From: Styela clava
Taxonomy: Eukaryota
Assembly: GCF_964204865.1 (NCBI RefSeq)
Contig: NC_135255.1
Coordinates: forward strand, 7,254,001-7,318,000
Direction of reading: 5' to 3'
DNA length: 64,000 nt
In this document: piece after piece, positions 43,563-56,300 of the stretch
Layout of the letters: every line of letters starts with the position of its first letter
Numbering within the stretch: the stretch's first letter is position 1
Translations under genes and position numbers: made by a program
The notes under the pieces: model-generated
What the model saw: the letters and a program-made list of their open reading frames with translations, nothing else
Told to the model about the DNA's origin: nothing
Database searches by the model: none

Positions 43563-44445
43563 ATGGAAACATATACTGAAGATCAAGATTACAAAAACTG
43601 CTCAGTCAAAAACAGAAAATCAGAAAACAAAGCTTTCAAAGCTACAAAAACCTGGAACACATTTGTCCAATCGTTTGAGTCACAAATATGTTGCTGCCGC
43701 AATCGGAAAAATCTTAAGATTTACAAAGAATGCTTCACCGGTTCATCAGCTGTTACCACAATGCATAAAATCCTGAAAAAAATGGAAAACTATGAGAATG
43801 TGTCAAGATCTCAGGTAAGAAGTGTTTTTGTACAACATGTGTTGTAGTCAATTTTAGTGTAAATTGACTTCATCTAAAATGCATGAGGTGTTTGAAATAT
43901 TGCAATTTTAACTAAAGTATTTTTATATTTCATTCCTAAAGAGTATAAAACTGCTACAGAAATTCGTGGACCAACATATTATAGAAGATATCAATGGCAA
44001 ATGGTTATCGGAAGAATTCAAAGATTCGGGAAAATTATATAGGTATAATTAGTCCATATTTTTTTATTCCGAAAGTCATATATTAAAGTATGAATTTTGC
44101 ATTGTGATATATAATTCCCTTCATCTTTGATTAAATTGCTCACGATATACAGTGATACTTCTGTAATCGAAATACTCAACACTCGAACGATTCGGTAGTT
44201 GACCAAAAAATTAGAGTCAAAAATTACCACAGTTTCCACTTTTTTTATGACAAAAAAGTTTCGGTACTCGCACAAATCGTAGTCGAACACCATTCCCGAA
44301 CTAATTATGTTCGACTACAGAGGTATGACCCAGATGCTGATATATATTTTTTAAATATATTGTTGTTTTCTTATAGATTGGCCAAATGCAAATGTTTGAA
44401 TGCCAGCAAGAAATGGATCGAAAATCGATCACAGAATCGAAATAA
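43563..44445 (+). pseudogene. Type C copy C4 (DEP exons intact, stop in putative exon 3)
   Basis: Exons 1-2 are open. The region equivalent to exon 3 has ATT CGG TAG and indels. Confidence 0.6.
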
Positions 44446-45627
44446 TTCAATTCATGCATTAGTTGGAAGAAAAGGTGTGTAACCTACATGATGTATATAT
44501 ATTTAGTTGTCGCGATTAGTTTTAGTTGAAAATTCAAGGATAGAACAAAATGTTATTTGAGACATTTGGAATATTTGATATTTATAATAGTAACTGACAA
44601 ATCAGAACAGAATATCTCATTCAGCATAAAATAGTACTTTTTGTATGTTGCTGTTATTACGCCGATTAAAATGAGTTCTTTTCGTTTCTAGTTTCCGTCC
44701 AGATAGACGAAACTCAAGCACATTTTCGAAAAACTGCAAAAAGGTTTTCAACCTCTTCCTGTAGCATGATGGAATGGACGAATAAAAAGATTTTAAAAAT
44801 AATACCACGGGGCAAAAAACATTATCTGTGAACTCAAAGCAATCCGACGCAACAATTCTTTTATCATTTCCAGCAGAATGAAAAACTTAATTCATTTTTT
44901 CTTCTGATTTCACTTTCCTGCAAACATACTTTTTTATTATTATTTTTTTTTCATGATTGAATAATATGATTTTCCCATATATTTATTGATTGTTTGAATC
45001 AACTATTCGTAAATTATAGAGTGTAATTAAAAAAAAAACGAAAGAAAGTTAAATGCTAGAAAATAGAATCTGTCCGAAAATGATTTGGTCACAGTTTGAT
45101 TTCGCCAAAAGATGATCTTTGCAAATAATGTAAAGCTAACTTAGACTAAATAGTAGATTGCTGAGATGATATTTGAGTAAGTTACGATTATTAAATCAGT
45201 TAGCAGATTTCGGATCAGCTCGCAACATCGACATTCACATTCCGCTCTTAGGAAAGTTAGCTTCTATCTCGAGTACATTTGCATCCACCGACATCTTCAC
45301 CAACGGCTTGAAACGTGTCAATGAAAGTTGGATCTTTAAAGCGTACTCGTCGATATTTCTCATGTCCCTGCCTTAGTCACATGTAAAAATCACTGATACG
45401 TTTTTGTAAAGCGTATTGCTGTTGAATTTGAGCTACTTGCGGACGTCTAATAAAAAAGTTAGAGTTTGAAATAGATTGCAATTGACGAGGAGCCGCGAAA
45501 AAAACTATAAAGTCATCGTGTCAGCGACACCAAAGTTGCTGTGGTCAGCAGCAGATGACGTCAAATAACTAGTATTTAACACATAACAGTGAAAATTATT
45601 ATATAGTCATGAATGTAATATATTGAC

Positions 45628-45960
45628 CTAATTTATTAAAAGCAGATCATCTTCTGTAACTATGAGGATGGTAGTAGTAACCAGGTTCTTTTTAATGAGA
45701 ACTCTACCATTATTTGTCCATAAAAACTTATACCCACAGGCTCTCTTTAAGTCTCTGGTCTTGGAAAATAAATCTTTGTTTGTATCCGTCAGATTTTGAT
45801 GACAAATACCTTTGATGCCCTGGGAATTTTTGGAAAAACAGTAGACATAGAAATGATTTGAGTTTGCTCCGATTCGTTAATATTCGATCTCTTGTTTTTC
45901 TATTGATAAACTTGGCGATTATTGGTGATGGTTTCTTCTTATTATATTTTGATAATTTAG
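45628..45960 (-). mobile_element. LINE (CR1/L2-type) ORF1-like relic, frameshifted
   Basis: PSPIIAKFINRKTRDRILTNRSKLK, then in a shifted frame NLTDTNKDLFSKTRDLKRACGYKFLWTNNGRVLIKK..EDDL*. This is the typical RRM/C-terminal pattern of such ORF1s (FP25K-like). Confidence 0.65.
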
Positions 45961-46776
45961 AGAAGTTTGAGATATCGAATGATTGACCACCTTCGGCCTG
46001 GTCTACCTTATCAGAAAACTTCCGACTTCGCTGACCCATACCTAGATCGTTGAAATGCGATCGCGAAACCGCCACATAGTGCGAATAGTTCATTGGTCCA
46101 TTTGTTGAAGAGAAAAGAATTTTTTTTAAAACAAAAATGCAGCAACAAGGTGAATACTAGAAAGAAAAAACAACAACAATTTAAGAGAACGACTCATAGG
46201 CCCATTTCGTGTCAAATAAATAAGTATATATCAGTGTTCATTTTCAATAAAGAAGATTAATATGATACCATAAGACGAAAAATAAGCAAACATTTTGAAG
46301 TTGGAGTCGTCTGGTGAACTCGTAATATTTTAATAAACACCTATAAACTATATAAAATTCTGCTCTAAAATTACTGTGGTGCCCCTCTTTACTTGGTGTC
46401 CTAAGCACGTGCTTATATTGTTTAATGGTCAATCCGGCGCTGTGGGTACCATTATGGACAGAGAAAGTACCTGACACACTGCTACCCCATCTATAAACAT
46501 AGATTGATTACGATACGTGTACAATCAGCGACAAAAATATTTTAGGGGTTCTTCTGTTGATTAATTTACGAAATAGACACCAGATTTGACATATCGTCAA
46601 CCTCAATAGTGTTGGTCATAGTTGCAGTATTACGCATAGGTCGATTGCTTGGACTCTTTCGCTTGGGTGGTACATGAGGAGCGCTGGATTTGCTAGGTGT
46701 ATCCATCTTTCTTTCTAACTGCACAGTCGAAGTTGACCGTCACAAAATAACGAGTAGTGTTCACATCCAAACGATA

Positions 46777-46961
46777 GGGTTGGTAACGTGCCATACATAT
46801 ACTGCCAAGAATATCCATATAGCGCCAACTGAATATCCATATAGCGCCAACTGAATATCCATATAGCGCCAACTAAATATCCATATACAGCCAACTAATA
46901 TCCAAATACAGCCATTTTGGTGATATCCATATACAGCCAACTAATATCCAAATACAGCCAA
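46777..46961 (+). repeat. Left TIR built of ~22 bp subrepeats
   Basis: gggttggtaacgtg followed by (aatatccatatagcgccaactg)n and aatatccaaatacagcca units. Confidence 0.9.
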
Positions 46962-46985
46962 ATCAATAAATAAATAAAGTCATCA

Positions 46986-47244
46986 AGATAGGATATGATT
47001 TACATATTTATGTCGGGAGAGAGGAAAGCCGATTGTTGTTTTCGGAAGCATCCACATCATGGTGGGGGGGAAGCCATAACCGACAAGTGGCTACTTGAAC
47101 CACCCTATGACAGCAACGAGTTCAGCAATCCTTTCGCACATAACCATCCCCGCATGGGATTCGAAACTACGAACCCACGCAGAGTAATCTGAGGTGCGGT
47201 GGCGAGCGTATTCCTAACGCTTAATACGATGAGCCACACCGCCG
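46986..47244 (-). mobile_element. tRNA-derived SINE inserted just inside the left TIR
   Basis: The minus strand begins cggcggtgTGGCTCATCG (A-box-like), has TTCGAATCCC (B-box-like) ~65 nt downstream, and ends in an atcct-type tail. Confidence 0.65.
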
Positions 47245-47781
47245 AAACTACCAGCATTAATATCATAATATATACCCCAAAACAGGTGGTCGATCATTGC
47301 ACAAGAAATATGCTGGCTGAAAATCTCTTTTCAGTGAACTATTCCTTGGCGAATGGCGATAAACTGTCAAACAACTAATCGAATTACCGCTTGGTGGAAA
47401 ATAAAATACTGCCAACGTGCGTAGTACTTGAGAAATATCCAAAGGCTCCAAAATATGATGTCATAATACCCCACATCTTGAATAGCGTGATAATTGTGCT
47501 CGCTGAAATACTTTTTTCGGTGAACTATTCTTTGGTTACTGGCAATAAACTGCATAGAAATTAATCAAATTAACGTTTGGCGGAAACTATCATTGCACAC
47601 CTTGCAGTTTATTTAAGTTAAGACGAATCGTCATTGTATTTAGTATGATGAGACCACTACCACTAATACCATGTGCTAAAGTTCTATTCAGCTATATATG
47701 TTTAAAACACTTTCCTCTAATAATATTTTTTCTATGCGACAAAATTTCTATTGAACAACCTTGAATTTGCGAGATTTTGTG

Positions 47782-47999
47782 TCTAGTAGAGGGTTAATAA
47801 TTATTCCCAATTAATTAATTTTTATTTCAACGTTTTTTTTGTGTTATTTTCCAACAGAAGACCAAAACCACTATTATAGCAAGAATGGTTTCTAGTAGAT
47901 GGTTAATAATTATTCCTAATTATTTGACTTTTATTTCAACGTTTTCTTGTGTTATTTTCCAACAGAAGACCAAAACCACTATTATAGCAAGAATGGTTA
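47782..47999. repeat. ~110 bp tandem duplication
   Basis: tctagtaga..caacagaagaccaaaaccactattatagcaagaatggtt occurs twice. Confidence 0.85.
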
Positions 48000-48453
48000 C
48001 TCCAAAATTCATGATTGTATTTACAGAATTTTCAAGTTCAAGGCTTCAATTGGCAATTTTGATGATGTCACATCTCTAATTATCACTTCAAAGGCCCCCT
48101 CAATGCAAAAAATGTTATTTTTTCGACGGAAATGCACGTAGAAAGACGTAAACATTCTAATGCGCGACGTTGCGTGTGAAAATTACCATTAATTTTACAT
48201 TTTTTTCACATTTAAAAATCCCCCAAGCGACTTTTTAATACCGTATGCTAAAAGTTCTATTCAGCTATATATGCTTAAAACACTTTCCTCTAATAAAATG
48301 TGTAAAGGACGATTTTCAAGTCGATGATATATATAGAATTGGCATTATCAGCGAATCTGGAGTCCTTTTTTTCGTGAAATATACAACTCTACTATAGAAA
48401 ATTAACTGTAAAAGACCATTATTCCCTTTTAGAGTTGGGACTAGGCATGAGTT

Positions 48454-50873
48454 ATACTGTGCATATGCCATCCGACATAGTATGGTTTTAACTTATTCAA
48501 CTGATTTTTTTTTGTTTCCTTTTTTTCTCTCTTGTGTGTTAATTTATTTTCAGGGCGTGTTACTTTAGCTCAATTTCGTTAACAAAATGGTAAATTTATA
48601 TTTTTTTAAAGGCTGTGACTGACTCGATGACCTAACGGTCGCATCGTCACAGCCTCGTCTCAAAGCCTTGAATAAAATTTTTAAATGTTGTATGTAAACT
48701 TTTTTGACATTGTTGACGAAATAAAATACTATACTACCGTTACGCGTACAGAAACTCGAAAATAACTTCCGATTGAAATATGAGAAATGACTTGTAAAAA
48801 GCGTAAAATATAAGGAATAAAATATCATAATATGAGCATCATTAAACACCAGACATAACACTGATGGTGAGTAGTATTTCAGAAATATTCAATAGGCCCC
48901 AACTCAGCTCTTCAGAAATATCCAATAGGCCCCAACTCAGTTTTTCAGAAATATCCAATAGGCCCCAACTCAGTTTTTCAGAAATATCCAATAGGCCCCA
49001 ACCCAGTTCTTCAGAAATATCCAATAGGCCCCAACTCAGTTTTTCAGAAATATCCAATAGGCGCCAACTCAGTTCTTCAGAAATATCCAATAGGCCCCAA
49101 CTCAGTTTTTCAGAAATATCCAATAGGCGCCAACTCAGTTCTTCAGAAATATCCAACAGGCCCCAACTCAGTTCTTCAAAACCATGACTCAGAAATATCC
49201 AATAGGCGCCAATCTATGATGTCATAATACCCCACAACATCTGATCGTTAATAATAGGCCTACAAGAAATGTGATGACTGAAAATCTCATATACTGTGCA
49301 TATGCCATCCGACATAGTATAGTTTTAACTTATTCAATTGATTTTTTTTGTGTTTCCTTTTTTTCTCTCTTGTGTGTTAATTTATTTTCAGGGCGTGTTA
49401 CTTTAGCTCAATTTCGTTAACAAAATGGTAAGTTTATATTTTTTTAAAGGCTGTGACTGACTCGATGACCTAACGGTCGCATCGTCACAGCCTCGTCTCA
49501 AAGCCTTGAAAATAATTTTTAAATGTTGTATGTAAACTTTTTTGACATTGTTGACGAAATAAAATACTATACTACCGTTACGGGTACAGAAACTCGAAAA
49601 TAACTTCCGATTGAAATATGAGAAATGACTTGTAAAAAGCGTAAAATATAAAGAATAAAATATCATAATATGAGCATCATTAAACACCAGACATAACACT
49701 GATGGTGAGTAGTATTTCAGAAATATCCAATAGGCCCCAACTCAGCTCTTCAGAAATATCCAATAGGCCCCAACTCAGTTTTTCAGAAATATCCAATAGG
49801 CCCCAACTCAGTTTTTCAGAAATATCCAATAGGCCCCAACCCAGTTCTTCAGAAATATCCAATAGGCCCCAACTCAGTTTTTCAGAAATATCCAATAGGC
49901 GCCAACTCAGTTCTTCAGAAATATCCAATAGGCCCCAACTCAGTTTTTCAGAAATATCCAACAGGCCCCAACTCAGTTCTTCAAAACCATGACTCAGAAA
50001 TATCCAATAGGCGCCAATCTATGATGTCATAAAACCCCCACAACATCTGATCGTTAATAATAGGCCTACAAGAAATGTGATGACTGAAAATCTCATATAC
50101 TGTGCATATGCCATCCGACATAGTATGGTTTTAACTTATTCAATTGATTTTTTTTGTGTTTCCTTTTTTTCTCTCTTGTGTGTTAATTTATTTTCAGGGC
50201 GTGTTACTTTAGCTCAATTTTGTTAACAAAATGGTAAGTTTATATTTTTTTAAAGGCTGTGACTGACTCGATGACCTAACGGTCGCATCGTCACAGCCTC
50301 GTCTCAAAGCCTTGAAAATAATTTTTAAATGTTGTATGTAAACTTTTTTGACATTGTTATAGAAATAAAATACTACTACTACTACCGTTACGCGTACAAG
50401 AACTCGAAAATAACTTCCGATTGAAATATGAGAAATGACTTGTAAAAAGCGTAAAATATAAGGAATAAAATATCATAATATGAGCATCATTAAACACCAG
50501 ACATAAAACTGATGGTGAGTAGTATTTCAGAAATATCCAATAGGCCCCAACTCAGCTCTTCAGAAATATCCAATAGGCCCCGACTCAGTTCTTCAAAACC
50601 ATGACTCAGAAATATCCAATAGGCCCCAACTCAGTTTTTCAGAAATATTCAATAGGCCCCAACTCAGTTTTCCAGAAATATCCAATAGGCGCAACTCAGT
50701 TCTTCAGAAATATCCAATAGGCGCCAACTCAGTTCTTCAGAAATATCCAATAGGCCCCAACTCAGTTCTTCAAAACCATGACTCAGAAATATCCAATAGG
50801 CGCCAATCTATGATGTCATAATACCCCACAACAGCTGATCGTTACTAATACAAGAAATGTGATGACTGAAAAT
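48454..50873. repeat. Three ~810-840 bp tandem units, each containing a 33 bp minisatellite
   Basis: Units start atactgtgcatatgcc at 48454, 49291 and 50097. (tcagaaatatccaataggccccaactcagttyt)n lies at ~48878-49215, ~49716-50020 and ~50525-50810. Confidence 0.95.
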
Positions 50874-51774
50874 CGTATTTGAAAAAGCTATTTTTCGGCT
50901 ATTGGCAATAATCTGTCTATAAAATAATCAATCAACGTTTGGTGGAATATATGAAACCTAAAACTGCCGGTGCGCGTAGTTCCTGAAAAAAAAAATCTAA
51001 TAGGCCCCATTCTATGATGTCCAATCTATGATTGGACAGTGTTCAACAATGAAAGAATAAAATCTTAATACTAGAATATTCAAAGGCTTAATGTAGTCGA
51101 AACTGTAAATCGTGTATTTGAATACATCTATGACGCAATAAATTAATGTGAATAGGCGACATAGATAGGATTCGAGGAAACAGCAGGCTAGGAACACGAG
51201 TGTGGACTTAAGAATCATTACTTTGAAAATAGCATATCGATTGAATGTTACTGATTCCTTGGATATAACAAATACGAAGATTGGACTTCATCGTGTACTG
51301 TTCTACTTTATTCTGAATTGAAGTGAGTATTATGCTTAAGATGCTCATACCATAATCTGCAGCAGCGTTAGTGACAATTGTAGTTCCTCGGTCAGTTAAA
51401 CTATGCTTGTGGCCCATATGTCAAGTTACTTACTTCAAAAGGAATAAAAGAAAAACAAACATATCTAATAGAATACACAGATAAATTCAAATTAGTATTA
51501 CACCGTTAGGAATTATTACAACACTAAAAACCACCAAGGTATTCATGCGTATTTATATTGTGTAGGCTAAGTCTTATAGGGATCTCACTCGAAACAAGTA
51601 CAGTCCAGATTATACTCATTAGGAATCAAAGGCCCTAAGAGCCCGCCAACTATAGTTTTTGAAGTCAATAACAATTCTATTTCAATATTAAAAAGGTTCA
51701 ACATTAAAATGTTATCTAGAAATACTATCAACCTACTAAAAAGTTCAATGCTTTTTCCTACAAAAATTATAGGT

Positions 51775-52010
51775 GTACTCCCGAAGTACTGAGCCAAGAT
51801 GGCGGACACCGGAACGTAGTATATGTTCCAGGTTAGGGGTTATGCCATAATTTCAGAGACAAATACTACGGGAGTCAATTGGTTATTCCCCGAAATCGCA
51901 ATAGAACTAAAATGAGAGGAAATTGAAATAAAATTATTGCCTAAACCCTAACTTGGTACACATGCTACGTTCCGGTGTCCGCCATCTTGGTTCGCATACT
52001 TCGAGAGTAC
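51775..52010. mobile_element. MITE with ~65 bp TIRs
   Basis: gtactcccgaagta..ccaagatggcggacaccggaacgtag..ttaggg is mirrored by ccctaa..ctacgttccggtgtccgccatcttgg..tacttcgagagtac. Confidence 0.85.
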
Positions 52011-52100
52011 CGAGTACCCTGGATGACATAGGCATTTTTAACAAGCGAGATAACTGGTACGACAATAATTGCACAATCATGCCTGGTTTTTAACAGTCAT

Positions 52101-52640
52101 TACTTATCGATCTTAAGATCGGTAAGTATGTTGATAGGTATTTGCATGTGCATGCATCATATCTCGTACCAGAAGCCTATTGATTTTGGGTTAATTATGT
52201 CCAATAATTAGCAGGTTATTAATTAATTAATTATCGCTCTTCAGTCTCCGACCGATATTCTCGTTGCAAATACTAATACCAAAAGGAATCTTCAAATTAA
52301 TGTGGCAATATTATTTTGTTTGAATAATGACATAATTTCTGGGATGCACACTTCGGAAAAGTTTGTTAAGTAGGCCTATTGGCAATAGTAAACTGCGATC
52401 CAATACATATTTCTTATTACTTATAATCTTAAGGTATTTGTCTGTTTGTTTGTCTGTTAGATGAACGCGATATCTCACGAAGGCGAGGTTGAATCTGCTC
52501 CAAATTTTGCATGTGCATTCATCATATCTCGGACCAGAAGCCTATTAATTTTGGATGAATTATGTCGAATAATTAGCGAGTTAATAATTAATTAGCGATC
52601 TTCGATCGATAAGTCTTTGGTCTCCGACCAATATTCTCGT
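52101..52640 (+). mobile_element. Two partial DINE-1/HINE-like repeats
   Basis: 5' palindrome acttatcgatcttaagatcggtaagt, a (gtyt)n microsatellite at 52438-52458, a shared core catatctcg..ccagaagcctatt and a 3' cgatcgataagtc. Also homologous to 28300-28476. Confidence 0.5.
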
Positions 52641-53144
52641 TTGGAAATCTTATCGATAAATATTGTGGTTATTTTCAACATTGAGAATGCCAGATCGAGT
52701 TTGATAAATTTCAATTTTAAAACCAAACTTTTCAGGTACTAATACATGAATTTTTAGGAAAATAAATTCTCACAAAAGTATAGGTTTGAATTCAGTCGTT
52801 TATCTCCAAAAACCAACAAAGTTAGAGAAGTTGCCTTACCTCAAAAAAAATTGATATCGAATCTTACTCGTTCAACAAGTATGTATGTCAGTCTTCTTAA
52901 TCAAGATAATAGATTTCGCGCCGCGGTTCATCGCTTCCTACATGTGAACTAATATATTCCTATTTTAAGGTTGTTTGAATATGAATCCGGGTTGAAGATT
53001 GAAGATGTCAAAAACTAGCTACGCTAAAAGGTTATTTGGTATACTTTGCTTCCGTGATATGCTGACGTGTGTAATTATTCAAAATTCAACTTGTTGGTGT
53101 AATTTATATCGTCAAAGTCTAAAATATTCCGAATCGAAATATTC

Positions 53145-53147
53145 ATA

Positions 53148-53186
<39 letters not shown>
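53145..53186. repeat. (AT)n microsatellite
   Basis: Directly visible; a similar imperfect tract lies at 3649-3681. Confidence 0.9.
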
Positions 53187-53187
<1 letters not shown>

Positions 53188-53327
53188 CATTCTTCTAACT
53201 GAACAATGTAGATTTGATTTAATCTCAACCTAAATTCAAACAAATATGCTAATATCACTGCTTCTAAGAAACAAGATTATACGCGACCATGATTTAATTA
53301 TTTACAACAATTATTTTCATCATTCAG

Positions 53328-56300
53328 AACAACTCCTTGGTTTTTTGCAAATGGTCCAGATAAAGATTCAAAAGAGGATGACACTTACGCGATTCGATTC
53401 CGACTGTGTGAAGAACCTGATTGTAGTAGGAAACCCAATCATCATCTACACTGTTTGTTATGCAAAGCTGCAAGTGCTGGCCATGCGCATTGCAAAAGAC
53501 ACTTTGAGGAAGTACATGCGAGACAATCCGTCATATATCAGCATTATAAATGTCTGAAATGCAAACTAAATCACGGACATTCGGGGTATTTTAGACCTCA
53601 TTATCATTGTCTGATATGTAACAGAACAATAATAAGGGAAAAACAGCTACATGTTCACATGGAAAATCACACGGTAAATAAAACTGGTGGCGTTAGAATG
53701 AATACTAAACCAAAAATAGAGCTGAACGACGTCTGCGAGTATACACCAGATGACCCCCCCTTAGGTAATAATGATTCCATTGAGATGAATCATAAAACAA
53801 ACGTCGCCTGTGATAATGGATCCATTGAAATGAATATCAAATCAAATACAGAGTTTAATGATGCTTGCGATTATGCACCAGAGAAAAAATCAAGGCGTGT
53901 TCTTGAAAAAATGATCACTTGTCCAGTGTGCAGGAAGGAAATGTGCTCCAGAAGTTTGCCTCGTCATTATCGAAATATTCATAACAAAGAAATAGAAAAT
54001 GTCGTGTATTGCGTCGACAAAATAAGGGGTTTGTATATGGTTTGAAGAAGCTCCAAAGGAGGAGTCTTTTATCCCATACACATAAAGAAAAATTTATCGA
54101 AAATTTCGCTCGATTTTGGTGTTGACTGTGAAGACTCTGCCTGCCGAGATTACATGTATATGGCATGGCGCAGTGGCATGACTGGTGCAGAGTGCAGACA
54201 TTTGAGGCTTGTGGGTGTTGATACAAAGTATCCAGAATCAGAGACACTAAATGACACTTATTTATCCGAACTATCGATTGACGGCAAATACAAAATTATC
54301 AAGCCTACGAATATAGAACAATGTCTAGATCTCAAAAAGATGGCATTAAATAACAAATCAAAATTGCTTTACGCAATACACGAATCAACAAGATTTATCA
54401 TGTTTTCGTTATAATTTGGTAGAATTATCCTCACAGCCGATATTCAAGAAGGTAACCTGGATTGTAGATGCTGCAAAAGAAAGCATTCGTGCGTACACAA
54501 ATGTGTTTGTATGTGGTATTTAGTTCAAAATAACTTATTTGAAGGTTTTAGAGAACCTAGAATCGAAGATAATGATGAAACAGTCAATGTTCAGCACCAA
54601 AACATTTCTCTAAAGTATTATCCACCCATCGATACACAAATTCTAGAAAAAATGTGCCAGTATTTAAAAGAACAAAAACGTATACCACATTCGGCCAACA
54701 ATCGTGCATCCAGAACGATATATACCACGACGTATATTCCAGTCGAAGTCAAATGCTTTTATTGTGATTCAGATTTACAAAAACCGATTTTGATCTCAAA
54801 ACATGCAAAAATATTAACAATGACTGAACTTCTTGGTGATATATCAACTTATTACAAAGATTGCCCAAAATGCAAAGTGTGTTATCGCTACCAAGAATTT
54901 ACTGACGGATTGCATAATTTCAATGATATTTTCTTTATGTCACTTGAAATTTGCTATTTTATCAAAGAGTTTCTCATGCAGCATTTGCCCATTGGAAGTT
55001 TTGTTAACGCTCTTTCTTCGCGAATCGGGACTGAATTAAATTCTCAAAAAATTGTGAATGCTTTTTTGCATTTTGATAGCCTGAATAGTGACCACTTGTA
55101 TTTGCTCCACTGTGGTATTTGTGGGTACCATCCCACATTAGTAGTCATGGATCGTAACAAAAAAGTAAATTTGTCCAGCCACGTCGTTATCTGTGCCCGA
55201 TCAATACGACGAAGACAAGGCCGACACTGTCAATTGTCAAAGTTTCTGGGAAAATGTGGAGATGAATATGCTTATTCGAGGATTTTATCCGAGGAATATA
55301 CCAAGTATTCAAATAACTCCTAATTTGCTTGAATGGGCGCCATTTATCGGAAAATACACTAGAACAGTGGTGGAAATATTGAATACGGAACATCGGAAGG
55401 TTTCAAAGAAAAATGGTTTAATGGAGAGCGATTGTAGGGATATAACGGAAGAAAGACTTTTAGAAATATTACATAGCTACTCGTCAAAAGACGTATTCAA
55501 ATTTGGTAAACATTTACTTGGAAATGTCCCAAAGGGCGGTAAGCTGGACATAATTTTAGCCATACGAGATCGAATTGCAAAAGACCATGAAGAATTTAAA
55601 AAAGATTTTTCCAAGCTTTGGGGCTGTTCTGGTGGCTGGGTTTCTTGTACTTGCGCTCATGGAGTTGTTTATGCTCTTAAGTTTGTTATGCGCGCCGAAA
55701 GTCCTCGCGACTTTGTTGATATACTTTTGTCATTCAAATATCAACCGAATATTGTCATAATTGATATGGCAAATATGGTGGTTGCGCATGGTAACAAACG
55801 AAAGATATCTATGTTTTCACCACACGATGGAATGCTATGTAAGCCAACTCAAGAAAACATAAAAGCTGCCGAAGATAAACGTCTTTCCATCTCAATGCCT
55901 TGGATTTTTGAAACAAGTGCACAAAAAGAGCAATATACCAAAGGAGTGCACCCTGTTAGTGGTAAATCTCTTTATATGTGTTTATATGACAGACTGCACG
56001 AAAAAAATGTAACCAAGAAAAAAGAAATACTACGTAGAATAACCTTCGTCCCGGAACTGAATGGTTTCCTTAATACACAAGTTGTGGAACAATTAAATGC
56101 AATATTTAATAAGGATAATAGATTTTTAAATCAAATGGAGCCGGTGAATCATATTTATCTGTTCCGTTCGATAATTGATAACCATAATCATTTGATAAAT
56201 ATGAAATTGGCCAACAGCTTGGAAAAACACAGCAATAGTGATTTGCATGTGGATAGTCTGGGTAGATGGTATCTCCAGACTGTCGATACATATGAAAGCA

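Larger units (their letters stand above)
29000..45300. repeat. Tandem array 2 of ~4.29 kb units (three full, one deleted, plus the start of a fifth)
   Basis: Type C start codons fall at 32000, 36286, 40582 and 43563. Unit 3 is truncated by a deletion at ~40779, and unit 4 is more diverged. Confidence 0.92.

Noticed and set aside
47150-47244. tRNA gene
   Set aside because: A/B boxes are present but there is no convincing cloverleaf. It continues into a body and simple-repeat tail, so a SINE fits better.
48842-49992. Repetitive ORFs (SEISNRPQLS)n and (LLDISEKLSWG)n
   Set aside because: These are by-products of a 33 bp (multiple of 3) minisatellite that is open on both strands. The third unit breaks frame.
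48878-50810. CRISPR-like appearance of the 33 bp repeats
   Set aside because: The repeats are contiguous with no unique spacers, there are no cas genes, and the context is eukaryotic.
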